Notes under the pieces: generated by a model
Told to the model about the DNA's origin: nothing
Databases searched by the model: none
The model's input: the letters and a program-made list of their open reading frames with translations, nothing else
In this document: positions 51,362 through 64,000 of the stretch, one piece after another
Layout: every line of letters starts with the position of its first letter
Position numbering within the stretch: the first letter of the stretch is position 1
Position numbers and translations under genes: made by a program
Source of the DNA: Camelus ferus
Lineage: Eukaryota
Assembly: GCF_009834535.1 (NCBI RefSeq)
Contig: NC_045697.1
Location: 5,706,001-5,770,000, forward strand
DNA length: 64,000 bases
Reading direction: 5' to 3'

Positions 51362-52796
51362 AGACCGCTGAGGCTGAGATGAAACGGGGTCATTAAGACA
51401 AGGCTGGGAAGGGACGCGGGTAGAACAGCATCAGGCGCCGAAGAACCCAGTCAAAGTACAGAGTTCTCACCGAGGCGGCAGCCACCTCCCTCTGCTCCAA
51501 GCCCAGCCCTGCCTCCGAGCTCGCGACCCTAAACTTGGGTCCCGAGTGTCTGCCACCCGTTGTTCCCTTTCCTCATTGGAAACGAATTATACTGGCAGTG
51601 CGGCCTTGGGCAGAGTACCAACCCGCCCCAGCCTCAGTTTCCCCGTCCATAAAATGAGGGGGATGGGCTAGAATGATAACTTAATTCCCCTCCTGCTTCA
51701 GAGCCCCCCTGACCCCAGCAATTTGGTTCACTCTCCCCATGATAAGGATAGCTCAGGATGAATCAGAACCGAAATCATCAAGGGCGGGCTGAGGTCAAGC
51801 AAGGTACTGCACACGACCTGGGGAATAAATGACCAGGGCCGTGGAATCTCATCAGCTCCGTCCCTGCTTGGTTGATGAGCATCACCCAGTGCCAGCTAAG
51901 TAACGGTTCCCAGCGTGTAGCAATAACTCTATTAAATTATTTAGCTGGTAGATGATTATAAAAGCCCTTTGCCAAAGTAAAGAACCGCAGAAAGGCGAAA
52001 TCCTAATAACAGTAATATCACTGTATGCTTGAACTAATTATTGAATTTTTCAAAAGCCCACAGATGGATGAGTGCAATGCTTTCCACGCTCTGTGGAGCC
52101 AGGGTCCCTGGGAGAGTGTCTAAAATTCACAGCATCCCCGGAGTGTGCTGGAGATTACACAGCGCAAGGCTGAACTGCATTGCAGGCAGCTCAGCTATGA
52201 CCTAATGGGGCCGTTCTGTCCGGAACGTCTCCCTTCCCGCGGCTGGGCTGGGCTTCAGGTGGTCACAGCCGAGCGAAATTAGCACACGGCAGATCCACAG
52301 GCTCTGAGCTGACCTAGGACTTCCAGCCGTGGCATGTTTTTTTTTCACATCCATAATTTATAACCTTTTCTCTGTCGGGCAGTCTACCCTGTTTCTCTGG
52401 TCTAGCTGGGGAATAGGGAGTGGGTTCTTTATGAGCAGATTTTCCCGAAGATTGAGATTTTACCCCTCTAGGTCTCATTTTCCTCATTTGGGACCACAGT
52501 TATTTAATATGCAAGGCGTGTTGCCCTGCCTTCTGAAACAGAGGATGTTGAAGAATGGGGTCAGCTTTCTGCACAAGCTGGACTTGGGGCGTGGGGTTGG
52601 GAGCCCCACTACACTGAGGGCCCCCAGGCTCCCAGACCTGGTTAGTGCTGAATTCTGCTTTTGTTGCCATCTCTGTGGCCTCTGTCCTGGTCACTATCCT
52701 CACCACTCACCCTCTTACCTCTTTCCAACTTGCTGTGAGCAAAATATCCAAATTGCCAAATATATTAGAATAACATCAAAAAAGGAGGAGGGAGGC

Positions 52797-53258
52797 TGTA
52801 GTGGGTTGAATAGGAATCCCTAAAAATTCATGTCTACCTGGGACCTCAGAATGTGACCTTACTTGGAAATGGAGTCTTTGCAGATATAATTGGTTGAGGA
52901 TCTTGGGATGAAATCATCCTGGATTTAGGATAGCCCTAAATCCAGTGACTGGTGTCCTTATAGGAAGAGGACACAGGGTGACACACAGAAGAGAAGGGCT
53001 GGTGATGACAAAGGCACAGCATAGACAGGCGTAACCACACACCAAGAAATGGTGAGAATTGCCACCAGCCCTCAGAAACCAGGAGAGGGGCAGCACGGAC
53101 CCTCCCCAAGACAGCAGAGGGAGCATGCCCTGCCGACACCTTGATTTTTAACTTCCAGCCTCCAGAAGCGGGAGAGCGTGCACTTCTGTTGTTTTAAGCT
53201 CCACCCTGGCCACCCAGTGTGTGGTCATTTGTTACAACAGCCCTAGGAGATTAACACA
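52797..53258 (+). mobile_element. MaLR solo LTR (MLT1 family)
   Basis: tgtagtgggttgaat...cctcagaatgtgacctta...gccctgccgacaccttgatttt...gttacaacagccctagga..taacaca. Confidence 0.88.
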
Positions 53259-53605
53259 GAAATGCTGCCGCCCCAGTCCCTTCCGTAGGACTTTTACACT
53301 TTACATCTTGACCTGGTGCATATTTTGATGTCATATGCATTTTTAAAATAGCCCTTTAGGGTTTTCAAAGCATTTCATAAGCACAAATTTCCACAACTAA
53401 TGCTCAGTAGCACGAAGGTGCGTGTACCTGCTCCGTGCGGCGTCTGAGCCGGGTGGTTGTCACAGGAACTTGCTAATTCCCGACCAGAGCCCTATCCACG
53501 ACGTGGTCCTGCCTCCCCTTGAGTCCTTGAGTGAAGAGCCCGCACTTTGGGGTTTAGAGTCACGAACCTGCATTTCAGTGCTGCAATGGGACTCAGAGTG
53601 GTAGT

Positions 53606-54097
53606 CCAGGGCTGTGGTTCTCCACGTGGGGTCCCGGGACCAGCACATCAGCCTCACCTGGGAACTGGTTAGACATGCAAATTCTCAGGCTCCACCCTAG
53701 ACCTGCCGGATCAGAGACTCTGGTTTAACAAGCCCTCCAGGTGACTCCCATGCACACGCAAGTGGCAGAATCCCTGGCTCCAGGTTTGCAAACTGGAACT
53801 CCGCAGGCTGCATGACATTAGACACACAGACGTGTTTTGCTTGTTGGCATTTTTAAAAATTGCTTCAACTGGAATTACTGAGAAGCAGGAGATCTCACAA
53901 GATATCCAGATTTCGTGCTTTCTTCTGGAAAACTGAGTGATAACAACAGAGGCATTTCTAGAGGACAAAAGTCAGCTGCGTAGGGATGAGGGCTGCCCAC
54001 CGTCCATGCCCCCATTTGCCGCCGATGGGTTTGTGCTCCACTCACGGGTGCTACCTCTTCAGCTTGGCCCTTGCAGGTACTTGAGTTTGAGACCCTA
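53606..54097. mobile_element. Adjacent hAT-Charlie remnants (MER5A-like at about 53606-53775, MER102-like at about 53781-54097)
   Basis: catcagcctcacctgggaactggttagacatgcaaattctcaggc...tttaacaagccctccaggtga (MER5A-like); ggcccttgcaggtacttgagtttgagaccct (MER102-like end). Confidence 0.65.
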
Positions 54098-54384
54098 ATC
54101 TGACCTAATACCTCGTTTTACAGACGGGGATACTGAGGAACAGACAAGGGGGTGAGCACGTTCCGATGTGTTTGCTGGGTGATCTCGGCAGCTCAGAAGC
54201 CTTCGCGGGTACGTGAGGGAAACAGAGGTTCATCAGGGGCACCTGGGAAAGCTGTGCTCCTAAGAAGTCAGCCCTGAAATTAGACAGTCTCAGTGGTACC
54301 ACGGCCACTCAGGAGAAGGTGAGGGAAGATGGGGCAAGGCCATGGAGAGGGAGGGGAGGGAGAGACACAGAAGGTAGTCAGGGG

Positions 54385-55940
54385 ATGGCTACGACAGCAC
54401 CAACAAGAGACAACAAGTGTTGCCAGGGATGTGAGGACATTGGAACCCTTCGAAGCCACTGGTGGGAATGTAAAATGGTGCAGCCACTGTGGAAGGCAAG
54501 GTGACGGCACCTCGAAAAGGTAAATAAACATAGAATGACCGTATGGTCCAGCAGTTCCACTCCTAGGTATGCACCCAACACACGTTCACACAAAATGAGG
54601 ACACAGACGTTCTTTCCAACATGAATTATACAAGCTGAAAAGTGGAAACTGCCCAAAGGTCCACCAACTGATAGAGGAATAAACAAAATGTGGTCTCACT
54701 GTGCGATGGAATATTACTCAGCCATAAAAAGAAATGACATTGGTGCAGCCACTATGGAAAACTGTATGGAGATTCCTTAAGAAAACTAAGAACAGAGTCA
54801 CCATATGATCCAGCAATCCCATTCCTGGGCATATATCCAGGGAAAACTAATTTGAAAAGATACATGCACCCCAATACTCATAACAGCACTATTTATAATA
54901 GTCAAGACATAGAAGCTACCTAAATGTCCATCAGCAGATGACTGGATAAAGACGATATGGAATAGAATACTACTCAGCCATAAAAAAGAATGAAATAATA
55001 CCATTTGCAGCAACATGGACAGACCTAGAGATTATCACATTAAGTGAAATCTGATAAAGACAAATATCGTATGATATCACTTATATGTGGAATCTAAAAA
55101 AATGACACAGAGGGAGGGTATAGCTCAGTGGTAGAGCACATGCTTAGCATGCACAAGGTCCTGGGTTCAATCCCCAGCACCTCCAGTAAAAAATTAAAAA
55201 ATAAAAATAAACCTAATTACCTCCCTCCCAAAAATGTTTAATAAAAAAAATTACTAAAAAATAAAAAATTTTAAATGATACAAATGAACTTATGTACAAA
55301 ACAGAAACAGACTCACAGACATAGCAAACAAACTTATGGTTACCAAAAGGGAAGGGTGGGGGGAAGGGATAAATTGGGAGTTTGGAATTAGCAGATACAA
55401 ACTACTATATAGAAAATAGATAAACAACAAGGTCCTGCTGTACAGCACAGGGAACTACATTCAGTAGCTTGTAATAACCTATAATGAAAAAGAATATGAA
55501 AAGGAACATAGATATTTGTACAACTCAGTCACTATGCTGTACACCAGAAATTAGCACAACATTATAAATCAACTGACCTTCAATTAAAATTTTTTAAAAA
55601 TGACACACTGATGCTGGGGACAGCATGGATGAGCCCTGAAAACATTGCACAGAGTGAAAGGGATCAGTCACAAGAGACCACATGTTGCATGATCCCATTT
55701 ATGTGAAATGTCCAGAGTAGGCAAATTCACACAGGAAGTAGGTTAGTGGCTGCTCGGGGATGGGGGTGGGAGTAGAGGAATGGGTGTTGACTGCTAACAG
55801 ACTTGGGGCTACTTTTTGCAGTGAGGAGAATATTCTAGAACTAGTGGTGATCATTGCACTACTCTGTGAATGTACTGAAAACCAGTGAATTATATGCTTC
55901 AAAATGGTGAATTTTATGGTATGTGCATTATACGTCAAAA
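54385..55940 (+). mobile_element. Old L1 3' region interrupted by a younger 5'-truncated L1 (about 54740-55597)
   Basis: The old L1 text stops at cagccataaaaagaaatgaca and resumes at aaatgacacactgatgc...catggatgagccctgaaaacatt. The younger L1 3' UTR lies in between. Confidence 0.85.
55110..55272 (+). mobile_element. tRNA(Ala)-derived SINE (camelid vic-1-like) with target-site duplication
   Basis: gagggtatagctcagtggtagagcacatgcttagcatgcacaaggtcctgggttcaatccccagcacctcc (A and B boxes), A-rich tail, flanks aaatgacaca/aaatgataca. Confidence 0.88.
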
Positions 55941-55979
55941 GAAAAGGGGAAACAGGTCACACAACAGCTGGCGCATCAG

Positions 55980-56208
55980 CGGTTGGGGAAGGGGGAGAGT
56001 GAGCAGGGGGTAGGGACAGAATGGTTCTGAGACATAATAATATGAATTGGTAACACTTGTATAGCGCTGACACAGCAGACACTGTAGGAAGACTTTGCAA
56101 TGTGTATGTTCACATCTGACTGAAGCATTATGCCGCACACCAGAAACTGACACATTGTAAACTGCCTATACTTCAATAGCAATGTATATATATATATACA
56201 AAAAAAAG
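55980..56208 (+). mobile_element. Additional LINE-1 3' end with A-rich tail
   Basis: cacaccagaaactgacacattgtaaactgcctatacttcaat followed by (ta)n and an A-run. Confidence 0.6.
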
Positions 56209-56389
56209 ACTTCACATACGTCCACTCATTTAAATACCGTACTTGCAGTGGACAAATGTGTAGGTCCTATGGTTAGAGCCCTTTTTCAGGTGGAGAAACT
56301 AAGACGGGTCCAGAGAGTGACAGGCTGGGACTCAAATCCAAGGAGTCACCTGCTCCCCCACCATGTTGGCCGGCTTGCCTGACACTTTG

Positions 56390-56565
56390 GCTGTGCGTGT
56401 GCAGGTGTGTGCTTGTGTATTGTGTGTGCATGAGCCCATGTGTGCATATACATGAATGCATGTGTGAATTGCATATGTGTGGGCGCATGCGTGTTCATGC
56501 TTCCATGTGCACGTGTGTTCATGGACACACACATGCATGTATGCATGTGTCATTTGTGTGTGTCT
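56390..56565. repeat. Degenerate (TG/CA)-rich low-complexity repeat
   Basis: gtgtgtgcatg-type units visible. Confidence 0.75.
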
Positions 56566-56799
56566 CTTGCACACCCATGACAGGAACCTGAGGGCCTGTT
56601 AGGCCAGGGTGGGATGGATCTGGGTTGAGAGAATAAAAGCCCCAGAGGAAGTCAGCCGGTGCCTGAGGGCAAGATGGACAGACACTGGGATTTGGGAGCA
56701 GAAGCAGGCCTGCCTTTGCCTGCCCTTCCGAATGAACTTCAAGACCCACTGAGGGGCAGCGCCTCCAAGACCTCACCCCACTCCCCAGGGTGAGACTCA

Positions 56800-57181
56800 C
56801 CTCCCCCGTTCCCCCCACTGCCCAGCACAGCGAACACCGCAGCCTGGGGGCTCAAACAACAGACACATTCTCACCGTCCTGGAGGCTGAAGTCTGAGATG
56901 AAGGTGGAAGCATGGATGGCTTCTCCTGAGGTCCCTCTCCTTGGCTCCTGGGTGACCACTGTCTCCCTGCATCCTCACGTGATCCTCCCTCTGTGCACAT
57001 CTGTGTCCTCATCTCTTCTTCTTATAAGGACCCCAGTCACATTGGATCAGGGTCCACCCTCGTGACCTCATTTGACCTTAATCACCTCTTTAAAGGCTTT
57101 ATCTCCAAAAGCAGTCACATTCTGCGGTCCTGGGAGTTAGGACTCCAACATATGAAATGTGGGGGCACACTTCAGCTTACA
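56800..57181 (-). mobile_element. MaLR LTR (MLT1A-like)
   Basis: ctggaggctgaagtctgagatgaagg, cttataaggaccccagtcacattggatcagggtccaccct, gactccaacatatgaa. Confidence 0.85.
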
Positions 57182-59933
57182 GCACTCCCACAGAGGAATG
57201 TTTCAGAAAACAGCTTGGCCTTCAGAGCCAGACAGGCTGAGGCTCAACCTGGATGTGGTCACTTTCTAGCTGTGAGTCAGACTGTTTCCCCTTCCAGACG
57301 CCCCGTTTCCTCCTCTGAACCATCATCATGGGTCATCATGCGAATCCAATACGATGCCCTCAGGCTTCTGCAGCTAACGGTACCGGGTGCACAGCAGGTG
57401 CTCGATAAATAACACTCCCCGCAAGGGGGTCACCCCTGCTTCCGGTGCTGAGGCTGCCAGGGACAGTTCCTGGGTGGGGGCTCTGCAGAGGCCCATCTCA
57501 CCCTCCGCGGGCCCTGGGACGGAGGGAGTCCCCGCCGTTGGCTGCCGTTACCCGTAGGGGAGCTGAGGCTTACCAAGGTGGAGTACGCGCTCAAGGTGGC
57601 ACGGCTGGGAGGTGGGGCGGGGAGCGGGGGTGCGTCTGTATCTCTGCAGTGTCTGTGCCCACTTCATTCCTCCCCTGGGTCCTGTGAGCCCGGAGAGGGC
57701 AGAAATGGGGGCTGATCTAGCTGTGAGTGAGGGCCCCCCTGTGGAATATATTCTTCATAAATGGAACTTTGATTGCATCAAAGACACTTGAAACAGGCAA
57801 GAAACAGGCTGGGGGAGATGGAGGGCCGTGACGTTGATTTTGTTCTCTGGGTCATCTTGGCTTCTGAAGATTGTTTTTAAACCTCTAACAGTGCCCCTCG
57901 ATTGTGAAATGAAAATATTTTTCCAGCAAGAGCTGCATCCATCCACGTGGAATGGGAGGTGAGGTGGACAACCGCTCAGGCTCAGCCACTTCCCGCCTCA
58001 CCCCGCATGGAAGGAGATGAGATTTATAAACGATACGGCTAATTGTGTTTTTCTACAAGATTAATTTTATTGTCCCATTATCTGCTCCTTCTGAATCCAT
58101 TCAGGGGTGGATTATGTCTTAGCTTCATCTCTGGAGCTCTCGTTAATAATTAGGTCACCTTTGAGCTGGGAGCCCTGGATGGCCCAGGCCAGGGAGACTT
58201 CGGCTAGAACGGAAGCCCTTAGTGTGGTACAGTGTTCTCACTGCTAATGTCAGAATGCCCTCGGGCCAGAGGGACAGCGTGCTTAAGCGGACCTGCATTT
58301 GTTTGGGCTTTACTAGCTGGCACTGTGCCCCGGGCAGTTTTCCTTGTGAAACCTCACAGCTGCCTGGGAGGTCAGCACTATTGTCCATGTTACAGAAGAG
58401 ATGCTGAGGGCCACCTCCACAGGATGGTATAATTTGAAATTATGTAATGCAGATTCTAGCCAAGTGCAGCTGGCCCCAGAGCCCAGGTCCCGCGGGAACC
58501 TCCCTCCAGAGTTTAGAGAGTTGGAGGATACAGTTCCAGTGTCCTGAGATCTAAAAGCTAAACCAACTGGGAACGTTTCTAACAAGATGCCTCCAACACA
58601 TTGTCACTGGTTATTTCTCCTTTTTTTTTTTTTTTTTTTGATTGCTAAAAGATGGGGCCGGTGGTGGAAGAACTGGAGATCTGGATACAGGACCGTTGAC
58701 TAAGCACCAGCTGTGTGCCAGACAAGCCTTATCCTTATCTTTGTGCATCAACATAATCCTAAAAGAAGGAAATCGTAGTTTCTTCTGTTTTCAAGATAAA
58801 GCGACACGGATGTTGGAGCCAGACACTGAATAAGGGGCTCACTCATTGGGACCCAAACAATACATGTTGGACGTTCAGGAAGTTTATGAACTTTCACAGT
58901 GACAAGCGACGCTGTCATGAACATCTCTGGGCACATACCAACCTCTGTGCACAACTGTGATGATAACTATTGGTACAGGAATTCCTGTACAATGTGTTTG
59001 ATCTACTGTCTAACAGAGAGACTGGAAAGCTGAATGCTTGGTTTTCCATGCTCTTTGCAGCTAGGGAGACCATGACACCCAGTGCTGACCAGTGAGTGCT
59101 CTGTGCAGTCTTCCCTGAGTGTTGTAGGAAACCTTTTGTTTTCCTGCTGAAGAGGGACATAGGCTGGCAGGACTCTTCATCCTTCTTCCTGCCAAAAATG
59201 TAAAAATGATGTCTGGAGCCACAGCAGCCTTCTTCTGTCCATGAGGCTCCAAGTCTGAGGATGGAAATCAACCCTTAAAGTGCAGTCATCTTCAAAATGG
59301 CTACACTGCCCCAGCAACCAAACACTCCTTATTATCAAAAAAAAAAAAAAAAAAGCAAAGCCTAATTTGCTGAATCCTTGTTGGGGCAGGATTTCTGTTC
59401 CTTGAAGTGAGCACGTTCCTACCTCACAGGCTCAGAGATAGGCTGATCCTCACAGGGTCAGCGTACCAGATGTGGACTATTTCCAACATCCATTCTCCCC
59501 TTCTTCTGTTGTAATAAAAGGTCCTTCCAAGCACTTGTCTATTCCGAGTAAAATCACCATTGTCTCACTTCCCTTGCGGCACGGCTTGGCCTTGTAAGTA
59601 AGCTCTGGAGACGGGGAGAAAGGCAGAAGTGTTGTGTGGCAGCTCCTAGTAACCTTCCAGAAGGGACAGTTGGGGCCCACTTCTTGCCTCTGTCTCCTTT
59701 GTCCCTTCCTCCCTCCTGTTGCCTATTATGTGGTTACCACTGTCTTGGACCACAGGGATAAGGGCCCTGGCCACAATGATGTCGCAGGGAGCTGGACGGA
59801 GCTGGGGCCCTGAGGACCTCACAGCTGAGCCCCCTCCTGCCCTGGTCCACGCACCTCCAGACTCTGTCCCCAGCTCTCTTCTTCGAGCCACTGTTGGGTG
59901 GGATTTTCTGTCACAGTCAAAGCTAGTCCCAGC

Positions 59934-60427
59934 TGTATTCCTCTCCTGCAGTTGCTATAATAAACTGCCGGTAAACTCATTGGCTTCGAACAATACAAAC
60001 TGACTCTCTCATGGTGTCATAAGCCAGAAGTCTGAAATCAGCTTCACCAGGTAAAGTCCAGGTGCTGGCAGAGCTGGTTCCCTCTGGAGGCTCTCGAGGA
60101 GAATTTTTCCCTTGCCTTTTCCACCTTCTCGTGGCCTCCTGTGGCCCTCAGTTCAGGGCCCCTTCCTCCATCTTCGAAGAGCACTCCTCCAGTTTCTGCT
60201 TCCATCACCCCGTCACCACGTGTGCTCCTCTGCCCCAGGCCCTCCTGCCCGTGGCTCACAGGGCCACTGCCATCACACGAGGCTTTCCTGATGATCCGGG
60301 GCGATTGCCCACCTCTAGGCTCTTGGCTTGATCACATCTGCAAAGTCCCTTTTCCCTACGTGCCATTCACAGCTCCTAGGGGACCAGGACACGGACATGT
60401 TTAGAAGGACATTACTCAGCTACCACA
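59934..60427 (-). mobile_element. MaLR LTR (MLT1 family)
   Basis: ccagaagtctgaaatcag...ggcagagctggttccctctggaggctc...atcacatctgcaaagtcccttt. Confidence 0.8.
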
Positions 60428-60428
60428 C

Positions 60429-60810
60429 TGTTAAGGCCTGAATGCTGTGTCCTCTGCCGAATTCACGTGCTGAATCTCTAATCCCCACAGTGACTGTATT
60501 TAGAGAGAGAGCATGTGAGGAGGTGACAAAGTGCAAATGAGGTCATAAGGGTGGGGCCCTAATCCGATAGGGCTGGTGCCCTTGTGAGAAGAGGAAGAGA
60601 CCCCAGAGTGTCCCCTCTCTCTCCACCACATGAGGACGCAGTGAGGAGGCGGCCGCCCTGCAAGGCAGGAAGAGAGCCCTCGCCAGAAACCGATCTTGCT
60701 GAACCTTGCTCTGGAGCATCTGGCCCCTAGAACTGTGAGAAATACGTTTTTGTTGTGTAAGCCGCCCAGTTCATGATATTTTATTGTGACAGCCCAAGCA
60801 GATTAATACA
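60429..60810 (+). mobile_element. MaLR solo LTR (MLT1A-like), abutting the previous LTR head-to-head
   Basis: TG...CA termini; atgaggtcataagggtggggccctaatcc and ctagaactgtgagaaata; flanks cacac/ctcac resemble a 5-bp target-site duplication. Confidence 0.85.
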
Positions 60811-63524
60811 CTCACCAGCTAATCCGCTTGTAACTTGCTCGTGGTCACCAGGTCGGTGGGGAGGGCACAGGTAGGATTCCAGCCTGGGTCTCTTGCCAAA
60901 GCCTGCGCCCCGCAGTGGCCAGCCTCTGACTGCAGCCGAGCCTTGGGGGCAGGCAGCATCCTGAGGCCTGGGCACCACTTTGTGTTTCAGAGATTCAGTC
61001 GCACTGTTACATGGTCAGAGCATCTGACAGCGCGTCTATTGTCAGACAGATGCAGCAGGTAGAGTTTAATAACAGGCGTCTGAGGATTGAAGGTTTCCCT
61101 CCATCGCTGTGAAGAACTACACTGAACCCCCTAAAGCCATAAAGTGATGCCCGCAGTGTATGTTAGCCGAGGTCAAGTCACGCTGCAGTAACAAGTGACC
61201 CTAAAATCAAGGACGCTCCTGTTTACGTCCACCGTGGGTCCCTGTGGTTCTGCCTGCATCCTCTGTACTCCAGAACACGAAGGAAGCAGCAGCCCCTCTC
61301 TGGGACATGCTGATCTTGGAGCAGAGAGAAAAGAGAGCTGCCCAGATCGCATGATGGCTCTTAAATGCCCTTGTCAGGAGGGGCGCGTGTCAACCCACTC
61401 ACATTTCACTGGCCGAGCAGATCATATGAGAGGCAAGGAGACTCCACTCTAGAACTGTGAGAAAACATGCTTCTGTTGTTTACGCCCCCCATCTGTGGGA
61501 CTTCGTTAGGAACTGAACACACTGGGCAGTAGAAAAGTATTGGCAGTTTTAATTTTGGTAGAACTAGTATAAGCTTTTCCCAGAGCTGGATGACTGCTGT
61601 TATATGGAAAACAGGACCTTGATTTGAAAGCTGATGAGCTCCCATTACATGCCCCTTGGGGGTATTTGAGAAGAGGGATGAGGATCAGTCAGGGGTGAAC
61701 CTAATCCCAGCTGGAACCCAATTTCAACCCATTTCTCACAACGGTCAACAGTTTGCTTAACCTGAGCATTCTATTTTCCCAATCTGTAAAATGGGACGAA
61801 TGTTCTCAGTGATGGATTGCTGTGAAGGCTAGCTCGGATTCAGCGGCTCAGGGTAAGTGTTATTAAGCAGACCCTTGGTCTTCGTGATCCACCAGCCTTG
61901 ACTCAGTCACCCTACATGGCCGCCTTCATTCCTTCATTCATTTATTCACTCAACAAATCTAACTGAGGGTCTCATTTTACGAGCCGGGCACAGCACAAGG
62001 TATCGGGGACACAGAGGTGAGTAGACGCCGCCTCTGCTCTCCAAGTGCTGTCACAGAAATCCAGTTTCCCTCTCAAAAGGGCCGGCCAGTCTCTCCCACT
62101 GGAGAAAGGTGGAAAGATCTCGGGCTTCCAAGCTGGAGCCCTGCTCAGCTCCGTGCCTCCCCACCGTGGGGCTGAGCACCCCGCTCCCTCAACCACGAAT
62201 CAGGGGCCTCACTCCTTGATCTGCCCTCGCAGGCCTGCCACCCGGTGGGGACGAAGTGATGCCTACTCAGCGCTTAGCAGACTCAGAAGCACTGTCTACA
62301 CTGCAGGAGGCACCATTTTTTTCTGGGTGGTGATCATACGTCTTAGCCTTTACTGAGCACTGACCGTGGGTCAGCCCTATCCTCGGTGTGCCATGTGCAT
62401 TCTCCCTCGTGATTTTTTACCACATCCTATGAAGTGATGACTATGAGTGTCTCCAGTTTACAGACGAGGATACACAGGTGCACAGAGGTTCCCTGCAGGC
62501 CGGTGCCAGCCCTTCCGTAACTGCAGTTATCGAAGCACTACACTGAACCCCCTAAAACCAAGTGGTTGATGGTTGGTAACGGCTTAATCCAGTGTCAGGG
62601 GACCGGCAGGACCAGCCAGGGTACGAGCCACAGCCACAACCCTGGGGGTGGGAAGGAGGACTTGGATTCTACAGTAAGGGAGCGATTTTTTAGGCTATGA
62701 GATTAAAAAAGAGGACTCACGCAGGTGCACTCTCCCCAGCGAGGAAGAATGGATGACCAACCCACGAGTTCCCAAACCGTTGAGGAGGCGGCACTTACCA
62801 TAAGGCATCGGGAGGTTCGGGAAGGTGAGGCGTGCCTGCGGCTTATCCAAGTCGATCCGTGCGGAGACACCTGCCAGCCTCTTGGAAATGCTTAACAAGC
62901 GCAGAGATGTTCATTGCTCCTGGAGCATCATTTCACCCATGGCTAACTCTGAGCGCAGGCCAGAGCTTCTAGCTGGACCCAATCTTGCTAATAAAACAGC
63001 GTCTCCCGGAGCCAGCCCGGCGGGAGCCCGGCTGCTGTCCCGGGTCGGCCCCGGTGACCCGGAAGCTTCCACTAAGCTCTGTGGGGCTCCTGTGTCAGCA
63101 GCAAACATCACCTAAGTGGCTTCTACTCACAAAGATGAAAAGCCACGGTCTGACCGACTAGCGAGCACCATGGAGGTGCAAGGACCAGGCTAAATGCAAC
63201 ACATTTAGTCTGGGCACTTACACCAATTGTTGTGTTGAGTTTTTCAACGCGCATTATTATCTCATGATGACATCACGAAGGAGACGACATTATCCTCATT
63301 TTACACCAAAGACAGTTTGGGTTCAGAAAGCTTGGGTGAACTTGCCCACGGTCATGCTGTTCACAAGAGGTAAATCTGGGATCTGAGCTGAGGGGTCCTC
63401 TGCATCCCACCCCCCACCCTCCAGTTCCAAAGGAGATCTCGGAGGGGCCCTGCTGCTGTAACGTCCTACCAGACAACGGGCCCATGAGTCAGAGGTACCT
63501 CTTGTGAGAAGTTCAAAAGCCTTG

Positions 63525-63963
63525 TGTGTTAGTTTCCTATGGCTGCTGTAACAAATTACCCCAAACTGAGTGGCTTAAAACAACAAATGTATTCTGTCAC
63601 CGTTCTGGAGACTAGAAGTCTGGAATCAAGGCGGCAGCTCCCTCCAAAGGCTCTCAGGGAGAACCCCTCCTTGCTCCTTCCAGCTTCTGGTGGTTCCAGG
63701 TTCCGTGGCGTGGCTGCACCATTCCTTTCTCTGCCTCCGCCTGCACTTGGCCTTCTCCTCTGTGTCTGTGTCTTTTCCTCTTCTGTCCCTTATAAGGATA
63801 CTGGTCACTGGACTCGTGGCCTACTCTAATGAGGATGATCTCATCTCGAGAGCAGTAACTTAATTACGTCTGCAAAGACCTTTTTTCCAAATAAGGTCCC
63901 ATTCACAGGTGCCATCTGTTGAGATGTGCAGATACCTTTTGGGGGTACCATTCAACCACTACA
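63525..63963 (-). mobile_element. MaLR LTR (MLT1 family)
   Basis: tgtgttagtttcctatggctgctgtaacaaattacc...tttccaaataaggtcccattcacagg...attcaaccactaca. Confidence 0.88.
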
Positions 63964-64000
63964 CTTTGGGCAATGAGAAAGCATCCTTTCCTGCACCCCC

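Noticed and set aside
55112..55184. tRNA-Ala-like gene
   Set aside because: It has an A-rich tail, a target-site duplication and a diverged sibling at 35322, so it is a SINE head rather than a tRNA gene.

Overview
Mammalian genomic DNA, probably camelid (inferred from the tRNA-derived SINE family). It holds two convergent protein-coding genes. On the + strand are the last six coding exons of syntaxin 18 (STX18; 3522-19599, poly(A) signal at 20484). On the - strand is the complete 185-codon neuronal vesicle trafficking gene NSG1/NEEP21 (four coding exons, 44141 to 22014, with a CpG-island promoter at about 43.6-45.1 kb). All exon boundaries are GT-AG and in phase. The rest is intronic or intergenic sequence rich in L1, L2, MIR, MaLR/ERV LTR, hAT and SINE remnants, and almost all ORF-track entries are spurious. 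I found no evidence of a new protein-coding system. The most interesting signals are regulatory: overlapping, mirror-image 3' ends of STX18 and NSG1; a near-canonical REST/RE1 site in an STX18 intron; a tandem in-frame splice donor in NSG1; an RFX/AP-1/FOX motif cluster; AT-rich hairpins; and a three-level nested retroelement insertion. Gene and repeat family names come from recalled sequences, not database searches.
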